Positions 15,901 through 29,800 of a stretch of 64,000 nucleotides of DNA are shown here, piece after piece. The DNA is taken from positions 62,001-126,000 of the forward strand of contig JAMDHS010000035.1 of NCBI GenBank assembly GCA_029717555.1. The letters are read 5' to 3'. The notes under the pieces are model-generated. The model searched no databases, was not told where the DNA came from, and saw only the letters and a list, made by a program, of their open reading frames with translations. Source of the DNA: Peribolospora baueri. Lineage: Eukaryota. The translations under genes were made by a program, and so were the position numbers. Numbering within the stretch: the stretch's first letter is position 1; the number at the start of each line of letters is the position of its first letter.

Positions 15901-18900
15901 TCCGCGTTCACTTCTCGAGGTCGAGGGCGAAAACCACGCCATGAGCTCGCTCCGTCCTCTGGCCGTCGTCAATTGGAGCCTCTTTCTGACGCCGAAACAG
16001 CGATTATACCCATCGAAGGCGTCGGCGCGCTGGGAAAGAGGAGCAAAGACTCCGTCGCCGCTATCGTGGACAATTTTCTGCGGCGTTCAGCCTCGTTGAC
16101 TGTTGAGGCGCTCGAAAGGGGCCAGGGTCATCAAAAGAGGCACAGCCGCCGAGCCTCTTCCAGGCAAGGCTTCGAATGCGCCGTAGCTCTTGAAAGGGGC
16201 GAAGGGACAGAGGCTAGGAAAGCTCTCCAGGCTTTTGTCGCATCTCGAACTCGAGCGAACGGCGGGGACGGCGGAAGCAGTCTGGTCAGCGGTAATCATA
16301 TCGGGCCTGATGACAGTGCCTCGCGGCGGTACGCGTGGTTGGGCAAGTGGAGAAGCGACAGTCGTTCGAAGGAGGCGTCCGGTACCCAACCTCCCTCGGA
16401 TGACGAAGGTGACAGTTCGTCCGCGCGCACGGCCGTGGCCGAAGAAGATGACATGTCCTGGCTCCCCAAGAACAAGAGCACAGTATCCAAGGCGTGGCAG
16501 GTCTTTGTTTACTGCGCGTACGTTTGGGCCACCCAACTCTTGGCCTCAGGATATGTGAGTGTGTTCATCGGTTAGCACCTTCAGGGTTCCTCTGGAAACT
16601 CCTGTTTGACCGTTACATTTTCTCCAACGTCACAGACGTCCTCACTTGCCCCCATCCTTAAAGACGTCGGCGGGGATCCAGTGGCCGCAGCGCTGGGCGT
16701 CCAAGTCTTCGACGGTGCTCAAGGTATAGGGATGGTGCTTGCTCCCGCCTTCTCAGTCTATGGCCGTCGCCGGCTCTTCATGGCCTGCCTTTCTTTGCAG
16801 ATTACCACGGTCATGGTAACAGGTTTCAGCCGCGAAGTCTGGGTTCTCCTGCTCGGCCGCGCCCTCACTGGCTTGGCCACTGGAGGAACGATTATAGACT
16901 CCATTGCCATCGTGTCTGATCTTTTCGTAGGCTGGGGAGGTAGAACAATCGCCGCAGCTGCGTTGTTCCTCTCGCTGGCACTGGGCCAGTTGCTTGGTCC
17001 GCTTGCGGCGAGCATCGTCTTGTCTTTGCTGCCTTGGTAAGAAGTCACGGTAGCTCATGCCTTCGGTAGATTGTGCGCTTATTTCCAGATTTCCATTTTT
17101 GGAAATGTGCGACAGGCGCTGGCTGTATTGGATCTTCTTCATTGTGGCCTTTGCGACCCTCTTGATTTACGGCTTCACTTGTCCGGAGTCCGCTACTTTT
17201 CGGCTTCAAATGGACCAAGCTCGCGAACTTAGGAGGCTTGGCAGGCCAGTTGAAGAGAATTGGCCTACCTTGCACATATTTTTGGTTTTTCTCTGCCGCC
17301 CATATAGTGAGTGCCTTCGTCTGAAGCCATGCGTTTTCGACTCCTCGCATCGGTTTGATCTCACATGCCCAATTTGTCACGTTCATCCCCGCAGAGATGT
17401 TTTTCACGCATGCCGCATTGCCGTTGACAACTATATTTTGCGTGGCCCTTACAGTTGTGTTTGCGCTGACCATATCTGCGTTGTCCCAGTATCTGGTTAC
17501 AGGCGCGGGTCTGGACGAGGCGAGCGCGCAGATGGCAAGCACTATCTGCCTAGCAGGAGGAGCGGCGTTTGCCGGATTCGCGCTGACAGTGACACGTCAA
17601 GGTATCTGGACGCGACGAATTTCGGCAAAGGGAGGCAAGCGCGTCGACTACGTTCCAACAGAGGCGGACAAAAACGTCGAAGAACCGTGTCGCTGGGCGT
17701 TTGTCGGCGGCGTCATTTTCTGTGTTTGTGAGCGAGGAACCACGTTGTCTATGTGAGACGGCTACACACGGGACTGACGCTTTCGACCTGTTTACCACTC
17801 CTTTACAGCCTTATATACTCTCGCTCTGACCGCCAACCCGGCCTTCAGCTGGGTCTTCCCGCTGCTGGCGACTGTCGGTGTGGGAGGAGGCCTCATCATC
17901 GCCCTCCTGAGCTCGTTCATCTACCTTTTCGACATTTACGCACCAACGGAGCCTTACAGTCGAGACCGATGGCTAGAGGAGACGGCGGGCGTCCAAGGGA
18001 CCGATAAGTACACCGCCCGCTCTCCGGCCAGGGGAGGCCTCGAAGGAGCGTTCCAGGGACGCATGGAAGTCGTTGTTAGCGAGGCCAAGCTCGGTGAGGA
18101 GAGCATTGTGACCGGCCGGTGGGGTACTGAGTGGGCCATATCGGGCATAGCAGTGGCGTTGTCGAATGTGATCAACTGGGCGGTCATGGCCCCTGCTGCG
18201 ACTGAAAAAGGTGAGCAGTTCGAATCTTCCTCGTTCGTGTTTCGTCCAGCCTACGCCTTCTTCCAATAACGCGTCCCAACTCTTTTCTTTTCCATGCAGT
18301 CTACCTGCGAGCAAACTTCCAGCTGTTCACCGTCGTCTGCGCCTCGGTGGCCGTTCCCTTCCTGCTCGTTCCTCTCATCCTCGTCCGGACTGGCCCGAGC
18401 CTTCGCCGGTGGGCATGGGCCCGGGAGCATCGCGGGTACATGCCGGTGAAGTCTCGCTTCAGCACCGACAGCAGCAGTAGCAGCGATGCGACGATCCGGC
18501 CTGAATCCCTCCGCCTTGGCCGCAGAAAAGCTAGCGACCATGCCCATGGACGCCGAAAGGGTGGACTTGGCTCGCTGTTGGCTTCAAGAGGACGGAGGGA
18601 AGAAGATGACGGCTACGCGGGAGAATTGGCGGGTTTCGCAGTCGAACAACAGGAAGGCCGTCTAGGGCAAAAACTAGTAGGCTCCCTGCAAGGCCACAGG
18701 CCCGCCCCGCTCGACCTCCGAAACGAGCTTAGCAGGGATGGCTTTGCCCCGCCGCCCGAGAAAGACTATGATCCGGAGCGAACACTACGAGCGGGCGCGT
18801 CGTCGCGCGGCTTCCCCTCTCCGAGATCTCCATTCTATCCCATCGTGTTGGGCGGGCGCGATTTGGGCAAACAAGACACGCTTTTGAAGGAGAAGCAAGA

Positions 18901-19021
18901 GGCGGACGACGGAAAAGCGCATTCGGACGAGTCGAGCAGGACTGAGCGCGTGATGAGGTGGTTGGACCGCGCGAGGAAGGAGGCAGCAGATCCGTTACTT
19001 CGGAGTGACCCCAGGGAATAG
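12943..19021 (+). CDS. Divergent MFS (DHA1-like) membrane protein with a ~1,190 aa S/P-rich N-terminal extension; about 6 exons
   Basis: The long ORF 12943..16575 ends in a first TM segment and splices (GTGAGT at ~16555) to TM-rich exons with FSVYGRRRLF, LLGRALTGL, GQLLGPL and PW|RWLYWI...PES. The last exon ends in a hydrophilic tail at 19021. Confidence 0.7.
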
Positions 19022-19304
19022 CTTTTTTTCGCTTTATGTCTCGTCGAAGTCTTCGTCCTCTTGATTTCCTTGTACCAGTTCAAATGTAAACTAGCTTATG
19101 CAGCCTTGAATCATACTTTTAACCTCCGCTTGCCCTCTCAAACCCGAGATGCCGATAGATGGGACGTCGAAAAACCAACTCGACGGACGTTCAGGAGCAC
19201 GACGGCGATAATATACAATATGTACAATAGAATACAGTGGTGCGCATGAGCAGTGCACTCGGCTGGAGTCGTAGCGGCGACCGCCGGCTGAGCTCGAAAG
19301 CTCA

Positions 19305-20464
19305 TCATTTAAACATCCTCCTACCGGCGCCCACTCCAGCACCGACACCTCTTGCAGCCACCCTTCTCCCAATTCCACCCCCACTACCGCCCACGCCCGT
19401 TCCTACGCCGAAGCCAACACTTGCATCAGAGAGTGGTCCTACACCACCGCCGCCTCTCCCTCGTTGACGGTAGTAGATGCGATGTGCCTCGCGAAGATCT
19501 GCTGGTGTGAGCGGTCCGCTCCGGCCAGAGGCCGCTCGAACGGCACGAGCTTTGCAGAGAAAAGGGAACAAAGTCGGTATCGCCGATTAGAAGAGGCGTG
19601 GGCCGTTGAACAGACGGAGAGAAAAGGCGGACTCACCTCTCTCGACGATCTCCCCAATGAACACCTTTGCAACACCACGGACGACGAGCGTCACATTCTC
19701 ACTGACGGTCTGCGAGACGACGTGGTTGACGAGCTATAGAGAAAAGCAGGGAGAGCAGACCAGACGAAGCGTGGGACGCGAAGAGGAAGCAGCAAAAAAG
19801 GGCACGCGTCCGTAAAAGAACTCATACTCCAGACGCGCACAAGCGATTCCAACTTGCGAGAAGATAGCGACGCGGGGGCTCGCTTACCCGCCGGACGTTG
19901 GCTTTATTGAGCGCGCCTCTTCGATAGGCCTCATACCGCGCTTGCTGTTCCGGGGAGAAATGCTCAAAGAGGACTCTATAAAGCCAGGAAAAGGGGGGCA
20001 TATGAAGAGACGGTAATGGAGTCCGACCTCAGCGAAATGTCGGTCCAGATGACCGGCTGTGCTTTCTCCCATTTCCTTCTCGTTCACCGAGTAACGGCAA
20101 GGACAAGATGGAGACGGAGGAAAGTGAGCAAGGGATCAAACGCCGAGGTGGCTGCAACGCACCGCAAGTCCTCCTTAGCCTGTCTAGCGATTTTCTCTTG
20201 CGCGTCAAAGTCCTCGTCTCCCATCACCACGATTTCCTCCCCCTCCCCTTCAGGATCCCCTTCTGGTTCAGGGTCGTCCTCCCACCCGTCATCATCCCCT
20301 TGGCCTTGGCCTTGCTTCGCAGCCGCGCCCTTGCCTTCGTCCTTGCTCGAAACTTTGCCCTTGCCCTTCCCACCAGCAGGCGTACCGGATCCCGTCCCCT
20401 CCGTGCCCGGAGTTGCCACTGGCCCACCGGGAACGGGGGCGTCTTGAGCCCTCTTCTTCGCCAT
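19305..20464 (-). CDS. TAF11: TFIID subunit TAF11 (TAFII28-like histone fold); 4 exons
   Basis: Spliced exons read ...AKEDLRVLFEHFSPEQQARYEAYRRGALNKANVRR|LVNHVVSQTVSENVTLVVRGVAKVFIGEIVER|ARAV...GPLTPADLREAHRIY...GRRMFK, matching TAF11. Confidence 0.9.
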
Positions 20465-20791
20465 GGTCTTAGTACAGATGGAGTTTTCAGGAAGGCGGGA
20501 GAATGGTCTATGTATTGGATAACAGCAGCATGGAGGCTCGCTGCGGCGCTTATAAGGCGGATGTCACGTGCTCCTTCTGCACTACAAGACCCCCGTCTGT
20601 TCTCCTCCCCTGAAGAGCCCCAAATCAAAATTCAAGAATCGCCCAAATGCTCGCTGAGTATGGGGACATGGTTTTAATGGATGAGACGCGCTGAAAGTTC
20701 GAGGCCAAGGTCCATGTATCCTTCCACGCGGACAGAGCGACTGACAGGCCGGCTAACGGACACAAGGCAACGCGCAGTCGGTCCAACGTAT

Positions 20792-22876
20792 CTACGTCTC
20801 TCGCCAAATCTTGATAGTCTTGTCCGCACCTCCCGTGATAAGACGGCTCCCCGTCTTGTCGAAGGCTAGAAAGCACACGGTTCGAGACGAGGGAGATAAA
20901 CGGACCTGAATCAGCGACCGCGACGGACGGGCGAACCCCGGGAAAGGATCGAAAGAAGAAGGTTAAGATGGTTGACTACTCACTGGAGCAGAAGATGCCC
21001 GCCTCGGCGTCCAACGATCCGGGTTGTGGGATGTCCTCGGCAGACTGGAAGGGAGCGCCCGTCTTGTAGTCCCAGAAGCGCATCGTTCCATTGTCGCCTG
21101 GCGTCAAAAGGACAAAGCAAGCAAGGCCGTCCGTTAGCATCCGCCAACCGTCGCCCCAACTGGTGCCGACTTTGGCCGCAGCACGACAACTCACCGCCAG
21201 AGAAGAGCACTCCATCCTCATTCACGCTAATCGTATTGATGATGGCATCGTGCCCCGAAAAGTTGTGCACGAACATGCCCTCGGGGCATTTCCACTTCTT
21301 GATGTTGTTCCCGCCGGCGGAGCCCGTTGCGAAGCTGAACTCCGTCGGGTGGATGGCGAGCGAGCGGACCGATTTTTTGTGGTGCGTCAGCTGCGTCATC
21401 GTCTTTCCTGCTGCGAGGTCCCAAAGGCTATCCGTCCGGGCAAGATAATAACGAAGCATGTGAAGATTCGAGAAACAGCGATGATCAGCGGGAGCAACTT
21501 GATGTGCTCTCCAACACAGACCGACTCACCGAACTGTGCTGTCCATGCTCCCGGTGATGACCTGCGGATCGCTTTCCTGGCACTTCACGTCCGCAACGGT
21601 TGCAGTATGACCGGTGAGGACGTGAATCTGCGCCTTTGTCCGCATGTCCCATACTCGAGCGCACGCGTCACGTCCACAGGTGACGAGGACGTCTAAGGTC
21701 GGATGCAAGCTGTGGAGTGAAATCGCGTTCAATTGGAAGGCGTGATGCAAGTCAGCATTCAGGTTAGCGTCTTGCGACAGAGTGAATACTTCTCAGACGC
21801 AAAGGAGGAACAGAGGCACTCACTCCAAACCGTAAACGCCACTGAGGTGACCGTGGTAATGCCGAATGACCTTGTTCTGTTCGAGGTCCCAGCACTTCAC
21901 CATCTTGTCCTCCCCGCACGAGAACAAGTACGGATGTCGCGAGCTGACGGCCAGCCCTCGCACTGTAGAAATGTGGCCCGTTAGGGAAAGTTTGAGCTCC
22001 CCTGATGCGAGGTCCCAGATCTAGACGCAAGAGCAGAAATCGGTGAGTGTGATGACAAGGCGGGGAGGAGAACAATGGTCATTCATAGGTAATATGATCG
22101 ACCCACTTTGATGACGCGGTCGCCCGCTCCCGTTGCAAACCATTGGTTCCCAGGCTCGACAGCGACGGATCGCACCCAACCCAAATGACCCGAGATGACA
22201 CGCATGAGCTTCCAAGGGGCGTGATAGTCCGGTTTGACCTGGCGCTGCTCTTTTCGTCGAATGAGTGCCTGAGAAAGCGAACTGCCGCCGGCAGAAGAAC
22301 GGAAGCCACCTGCTGACCGCTCGTCTTTTCGTCGGATGAGAGCTTGAGAAGAAGAAGCATCGCTCTCCGCCGGTCGCGCGCCTCCTCCTGGCGGTCGAGA
22401 CGGTCCGACTTGACCTTGTTGCGCGAGCAATGCAGCAGGCAGATCTCGGAGATGCGAGTATTCGGCGGCAATTTTGGCGTTGAGGCGAGCTTTGACGCTG
22501 CGACACGGTGTGGATTGAGGGAAAGTCACAAGAAAATGTGCTCATGAGAAGGGGGGATCACCCTGAACGAACAGTAGCCCGAGAGCGGCTGGTGGCGGTA
22601 CTTCGCCGCTTCGCGACGGTGCCTCTTCCCATTGACCCTTTCGTTCATCAAAGCCCCAAGCGATCGCTCCTCTCACCTCTTCTCATCCTCCCCCTTTCCA
22701 GGCTCAGCGAACATTTCCCTTGCCCTCTTCACCGACCTGCGGATGAGCTCGTCCATGTTCGGCGCAGGCTGGGCCGTCTGTGAGCCATCCGCGGCTCCGG
22801 CCGCTTCCATCGACAGTGACGCCGTTGCTGGCGGCGCGCGGCCATTTGAAGGAGACGAAGGGGCGACGGCGGCCAT
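20792..22876 (-). CDS. PRP46: Pre-mRNA splicing factor Prp46/PLRG1 (WD40); multi-exon
   Basis: [87 protein letters not shown] and [20 protein letters not shown]. The stop at 20792 is inferred. Confidence 0.95.
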
Positions 22877-23321
22877 CGTGGCGATGTGATTGTTGGGATC
22901 GTTCGTCACGGAAGACTGGCGCTCCATTCATCCATCCATTCCATCCATACCAGCCGTCCATCGCTTCTCGACAGGCCGATCGCGACGGGGAGCGTGGGAA
23001 GCTGGCCGACTGCGGGAACAATGGGCCGCCTTCGGTGGTCGCGCGGACTGAAATCTATTAAAGCGCGCCTCGCGCGACGAGAAAATACGGCGTGTCGTCC
23101 TCCTCGTCCCTCCACCGACATCACCTGGCTTCAAGTCGACCCGCCAGTCAGTCAGCCGGATCGTATCCCCTTCTCACTCTCCTTCTCTCGCGCTCGCTCC
23201 GTAACCTGGCCTCGCCTGTACATATCCTTCGCGCCTGACGAGCACTCGTCCAGTCAGTCAGTCAGACGAGCAGAAACAGCAGCGGCGGCCGCGGCGGCAG
23301 CATACAGGCATTGCAGACGGG

Positions 23322-25363
23322 ATGGACGCCACAGAGGTCAAACGGTTGGGGAAAGACCTCACAAAGTCGGTCAATGATGGAAAGTACAAGGTTCGTCTCG
23401 CGTGCTGTCACCGCCGACGCGGTCGGGTGATGAATGGCGAGAGATTGGATAGCTAGATGGATGGATGGATAGATGGGCGCTCATCTTGCTGATGTGTATG
23501 CCTCGCACCGCTCATCTCAGGACGCTGGAGCTATCATGGAGACGTTAAAGAAGGGTGTGGTGGCAACGGAGGCTTTCTTGAGGGTGAGTGCGCTTATCTC
23601 ACTGATGGCCGTGACATGGCTCGGTTTGGCTCATTACTCCGGCTTACTCCCTCTTCCCTCTTTCCATCTTCTCTCTACGCCCTCATCGCATGGCTGTCCC
23701 AACAGGACACGAAGATTGGCATCACCGTTGGCAAGCTTCGCAAGCACGAATCGAGAACCGTTTCGGAGGCTGCCAAGGACCTTGTCAAAAAGTGGAGTTC
23801 GGAAGTGAAGAAGGCGCCGGCTAGTAAGAGCAAGGCGGACCATAAAACCGAACGGAATGGTGAGTGCTCAACGCTTTACGTGGATGGTGGGCTATGAGCT
23901 CTTCTTTTCCTGTCCGTGCGACTGCACCGAGGTTGGGATTCGGATCGCATTCACTCAGCCTCCGTCTCCTCACGCGTCGACTCTATAGGTGTTTCGCCTG
24001 CCACCGACTCCCCATCTACCTCCACACCTACCTCTCCAGTCAAAGGCGCCAGCGGTGCGGACGGATTCTCCGGCATTCTACCCGCTCCCATGAAGGACGG
24101 GAAGGTGGACTTCAACTACACCGGCGAGTCGATCCGTGACAGCTGCCTCAAGCTCATATTCCGGGCGCTCGAGCTTGCTGAAGGAACGGGTGAGTGCTCG
24201 GCTTGGCACATGTTTCGCCAGCTTACGGCCTTTTTTAGTCTCGGCGTCGAGGGATGGGATGGGAACCTTCCGGAACAATTGTCGCTCCACGTTTCGTGAT
24301 CCTTAAGGGTCGCGGGGCGTGGAGCGACAAATTGTTTCAGGAGGTCCAGGGCATACATATACCGTTGCGAGCTGTTTCTAACCCTCCCGCCCAATTTTCT
24401 TTTTCTTGCAACGGCTCTAGCAGAGGTAAACCTGCTCTTCAAGCGCGCGGTGGACATTGAAAAAGCCGTCCTCAAACTCAACAAAGAGGAGACCTCGGCG
24501 GCGTACAGGGGTAAGATGCGCAGCCTATATCTCAACCTTAAGGACAAGAGTAACCCGGAACTTCGGAAGAGGGTCATCTCTGGGGAAATCTCATCGATGA
24601 AGCTGGCTACCATGACGCCACAGGTGGGTCTTGAGGGAGGTTTGTTATACGCGATCGATTGGAGATTGTCAGCTGTCGAATGACGCCAGGACACTCGCAT
24701 TTTACCCTGCCCCCTCCTTTTCTCCATACTTTTCTTACGCCCATCGCCGCGGAAAACAGGAAATGGCGTCGGAAGAGCGGCGCCAAGAGGACAAAGAAAT
24801 CAAAATGCAGAACATGTTCAAGTCCGAGGGTGCCACACAGCAGCACGCCGAGACAGGCGCGTTCCGATGTGGGAGGTGCAAGCAGCGGAAAGTGAGTCGC
24901 TGGAGATGGTCTATTGTCCTGCGGGAAGGTGTGCTTTCTCCAGGACGTCACAGCCGCTAGACGACTAGACGAAGCAACGGCGAACGTCGTATATGCAATC
25001 TGACACCTCGTCTTTGGCCTCTTGTTGTTTTCTTTCCTCCGCCTTTTGTTTCCCAGTGCACGTACTTCCAGTTGCAGACTCGTTCAGCCGACGAGCCGAT
25101 GACGGTGAGGTTTCCTTCATAGGCGCGGCTGCTTTGTTCCTTTGTGTATGCGTCCTCGCGTCCTTGGTCGCTGACGTAGCTCTTGTCCTCATCGATCCTG
25201 CATCGTTGTCACCAGACCTTTATCACCTGTGTGAACTGTGGGAACAAGTGGAAGTGAGTGCCCTCTGTTTCCTTCCCTTTTGGTTCAATGTTCCCGTCTC
25301 CGTCCGTCGTCCTCCTGGGCTTCTGACCTAACCCTTCCTGTCTCGGTCGGCTCACAGAGATTG
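23322..25363 (+). CDS. DST1: Transcription elongation factor TFIIS; multi-exon
   Basis: N-terminal LR|DTKIGITVGKLRKH...AKDLVKKW; central YRGKMRSLYLNLKDKSNPELR; zinc ribbon CGRCKQRK...YFQLQTRSADEPMT|TFITCVNCGNKWK with the acidic DE hairpin intact. The last codons are uncertain: WK* if unspliced at ~25257, or WKD* via one more intron. Confidence 0.95.
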
Positions 25364-26176
25364 ATGGGGAGCGTGGCGCATGTCACGAATGCTTACGCGG
25401 CGAGATGGGCGCTCTCCCGGGAGGATGGACGACGGTGGTTGCAAGGATGATGGGGGACGGCGCGAGGTCGAGAGGCCGATCGATCGATTCGTTGGTTCGC
25501 ATTCCGTAATCGGCAGTGATAGCCATTGAACGTGTACACTATGTTAGTTGATTCCTTTTCCTTTACCTTCTCCCGCCTCTGGCCCGGCCCCTTGCTCGCC
25601 CTCCGGCAGCGGCAAGGAACTTATCTTGAGACATCTCCGGATTTGCGGGCCCGTGTGGGTTCGCATTGACCTAATCTGACCATCCGAGCAATGCGTCATC
25701 GCTGTTGCTATCTTGACTTGGTCCCGCCGCACGGTCCACGCGCCGCAGCCGCAAGCCGTCCCGCAACTATGATCAGTTCCACGTAGAATTGGTTTGGGGC
25801 TGTGCTGCGCTGCCGTCTCGAGACGCCCGCGTTGATGACGACTTGAGCGCGACGACGACGACGACCACCACCACCGACAACTCGTCGCCTCGCCTCTTTT
25901 TCAGTTGTGAACCTGCTCCTCAACCTCAGACCGCTCGGTGCTCCCACTTGCTTCTCTCCTCTTCTCTCGCCTGCGACGGCCCGGCTCTGCATCGCGTCGC
26001 CGCCCGTCGCGTGTGTCTCGGTGCCCGCTTCCACGTCGTCGCCTGCGCACGACGACCGACGGGACAGGCCGCGTCAGCGCCCCGCCATCGAACAGCCTTA
26101 GCCTTGCTCCTCCTCGCCGGGCCCTTTTCCCCTTCTTTTCTCCTCACCACCTCCTCCCCTCCACACACCGCCGACC

Positions 26177-26850
26177 ATGGCCTCCATCACGTTCAGAACC
26201 ACCCTCGACCGTCCCCTCCATTACGGTTCCTTCAGCTCCCGCTTGTCCTACTTCCCGGACGTTCCTTCATACTCCGACCTCATCGCCACCGTCCGCGAGC
26301 AATGGCGTCTTGGCAAGTCGACCAAAGTCCGCCTCGCCTGGGTCGACACAGGTGGCGACGAGGTCGCCGTTTCGAATCAGGACGACTTCGACGTCTACAT
26401 CACCATCAATGCAAACAGCTCATACAAAGACCATTCGAGATATCCGCCTCCTAGACTAAGCATCATTTGTGACGATTCTGCCGGCGACAGCGACTCTGCC
26501 ACGTCTTTCTCCACCTCTCGAAGGCCTAAATACTCATCTCCCATGAATGTTTTTTTCAAGACCACCCTCGACCGTCCCTTCAAAAATCGTATATTGAGGA
26601 CCTCTAACGGTCCCTATCAGACCCACATACATGGCTTCTATGCCTTCCCCAGTTACTCCGATCTCGTCGCCATCGTCCGCAAGCGGTGGCGTCTTGACCG
26701 GTCGACCGACTTCCGCTTCGTCTGGGTCGATGAGTTGGGTGACGAGGTCACCCTAGAGAATCAGGCTGACTTCGACATCTACGAGCGGATCGTCAGAAAT
26801 AAACCCATCTCCTCACCGTCCTCAACCTATTTGAGGATTCACGTCATTCA
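26177..26850 (+). repeat. Internal tandem duplication encoding the two PB1-like domains
   Basis: Shared DNA blocks: accaccctcgaccgtccc (26198 and 26561); tactccgacctcatcgccaccgtccgc versus tactccgatctcgtcgccatcgtccgc; tggcgtcttg; gacgaggtc; aatcagg...gacttcgac. Confidence 0.85.
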
Positions 26851-29800
26851 GGACGATCCCGCCGACGCTCCCGCTTCCACGTCCACTCCGTCCACCTCGC
26901 TTCTTCCAGCAGACGGCCTTGGCCATGCCTCCACCGTCTTGGCGGAACCCACCGGTGCCGCTCCCCCTCCCACGACCCTTGGCCTCGCCTCCGCCGTCTT
27001 GGCAAAAGCCGCTGGCCCGCGCCAGGGAGGAGGAAAGGAGAGCGCCGGCGATACTTTGGACATCTCGGCGTCGTGGTGGGACGACGACTTCGGCTCTGCC
27101 AAGTCGTCCTCGACCGTTCAGGAGCCTGTGGATGCGAATACTCCCGTTAGAGCCGCCGAAGTTGACGATCCGCCCGAGGTGTTGCCAGACCCGCCCGCCA
27201 ACGCGGCAGAAGGCTCCCAGCGACCTCGTCCCGGAACAGGCACCGGCATGTCCGGCAGCAGCGGACCGCAGGGACTTGGTAACCTTTTCGAGTCACTCCG
27301 TGGGAACATGGCCCGCGTCCAGGGCACCCTCAGCGACCTTCGGGACAACCTGAGCATCCGTCTCCTCCATCCGGACCCAGCTGGGGAACCGGAGCTATGG
27401 GACTCCGTTGATGCGATTGGAGAAGCGGCTCAAGACATCGTTTCCCAGGCTATCGACGCCTTAGGGTCTGTCAGCGCTGTCGAGGTGGAGATGGCAAGGT
27501 CGCTCTTCACTGATAACAAGGCTCGTTCTTCGCAGACGACGAGCGCGTCTCCTAGCACTCGGCAGGCCCCTTCTTGCTCCGACGTCGCCGACGACCTCGT
27601 CGAAAAGATTGCGCAGGCAGCCTCTGAGGCTTCTTCGGAGGCGGTCAGGAGCTTGTTTGAAAGCTTCCATGACGGCCTTCGTCTGACCGCCCCTTCGAAG
27701 AAGACTGACCCTACCGCTGTGCTTGTGGAGAAACCTGGCCCTAAGGTTGGCGGGACCTCGTTTGGCATCGCCACCGTAGAAGACGGCGAGGATTCCTGCG
27801 ACGGGGCACCCCCTCATAAGGCGCCTAAGACCAAGTCGGCCGAGACGGAGCATATGGAGACGAGGGAGGAAGCTATTCCGGATCGTGAGCCACCGACTGA
27901 CGACCCTTTCCGCTCCGGACGCCATCCCTCGACTCGTCCTCATTATCGCCACCGTCACGGGACTCCCTGGCTCCGCCGTCGTTCCACCACTCATGGGCCT
28001 CCTTTCGGAGGTCTGCGAATGGATTGGGAAAGAGGGCTTCGGCCGATGGGTCGAATGGCGGCGGGGCCATCTTTCCCGTTCCATTCAAGTCTGCACGGTA
28101 CTTGGGGACCTCCTCCGCGGCCCCACACCTTCGTTCCCCCGCCGCCGTGTTCTCCGCCCGCTCCTTCCGCTGCTCCTCCGGCGTCTCATCCTCCCGTCCC
28201 CGTAGCGCCGCCTCCGCCCGGTCCTCCACCTCTTAATTTCCGCTCCAACTTCTCATACGGTGATTTCGCCTGGACCACACCATCTCTGTTCGCGCCGCCT
28301 TTCCCTCGCGACCACTATTCCGTCCCGTCGTTCGACGGTTCCCCGTTCCCTTCCGGGCCGGACAAGCGTGGACCATCGCAGATGGCACCGGCCGAGGAGG
28401 CGGATGGCCCGGTGGACGAACGCCACGACGGGAACGACAGGATGGCCCGGCGCACTAGCGAAGACTCGTCGCTCGGCGGAGGTTATGTCAAGCTGAATGA
28501 CAGAGACGGAGAAGAGCAGGATGAAGATGTCGAGATGGCTATTGAGGGGGACAACCGCCAGTCGCCTCTTAGTAATACCGTCTTCGTCGGAGGCGCTCCC
28601 CTCGACGACGGGGACTCTCCGGCTGCGGAGCGTCTCAAGCAAGTCCGTGAGCAGGCCGAAGCCAACGTGGCTGCTCAGAGGGCGTTTACCGAGTTTGAGC
28701 GTGAAAATCGCCATGGGTCCAGCATGAGCAGGGAAGAAGGCGACCCTTTCAATCCCCTCCAGTTTGGTCGGGGCCGCGGCCACGGCCGCGGTCCCCGGCG
28801 TGGAGGGTGGCGTCGTGGTGGAAGACCCGCCGGAAGGGGCAGGGGCAGTGCTTGGCGTCCCAGACGTTGGAGCTGGGGCGACTTCGGAGGTGGCTTCGGT
28901 GACGAGGAGGAGGAGCATCATTTCTTCGGCACCGGTGCGGATCGGGATGGGGACGAGTCACTCGCGGATGCGGGCCAGCGCAGAGGCAATCCGTTGGCCG
29001 CTTCTCACCGCGGTCCTTCTCACCGCGGCCATCACCCGCAGCGGTATCACAACCACGGGCATGGGCATGGCAATCAGCCTCATAGCTCTGGATTCAAGGC
29101 AGGGGTTGGCCGCGGAGGAGCATTCGGGGACATGGGCGACTGGAGCAGACGCTTCGGCGATACGTTTGGCTTCCTTGGCGGCGACTCTGCTTCCGGAGGA
29201 TTGGGAAGCAGCCGCCATTTCGACCAGTCCGATCCCCTGGCTGGGTTCTTCGATCGCTGGTTCGGTCCTGACGGCGAAAGGGTGGGTAACTGGGGTCAGA
29301 CGAGGTGGAAAGACGAGGCGGCGAGCAGCAGCAGTGACGAGGAGATGAGTCGTGCTATTGGGGGCGACGAGGAGAAGGCTTCCCCTCCTGGATCGTTCCC
29401 CAGTGCTGAGAAGGTGGTCGATGAGTTCAAGGATGACAGCAGTAGGGTCAAGGAGAGAAAGCAGACGGAGGAGATAGACGCCAGTTTGTCGACAATCGCT
29501 CAGTCGCAGCTGGGACGGCCGTCCGACAAGACGCTCCCGCCATTCGATGAATTGAGGGCTGCGGTGCAGGCATCCGTAGACGCTGTCGCCACCACCACCA
29601 CCACCACCGAAGGTCCTGACGCTGTCAAACCGACCGGCGAAGGGAATAGTCACCGCGACGTTCCACAGGACTCCCGCGAGGCGTCCGACCAGTCCGACCA
29701 GCATCACTCGACGGCCGCTCACAGCACGCAGCCAGGCCCGAGCGCTTCCGTGTCCCCCGTCCGCGTTTGGATGGATTCGACGGGCCGCTACAGCTACCTC

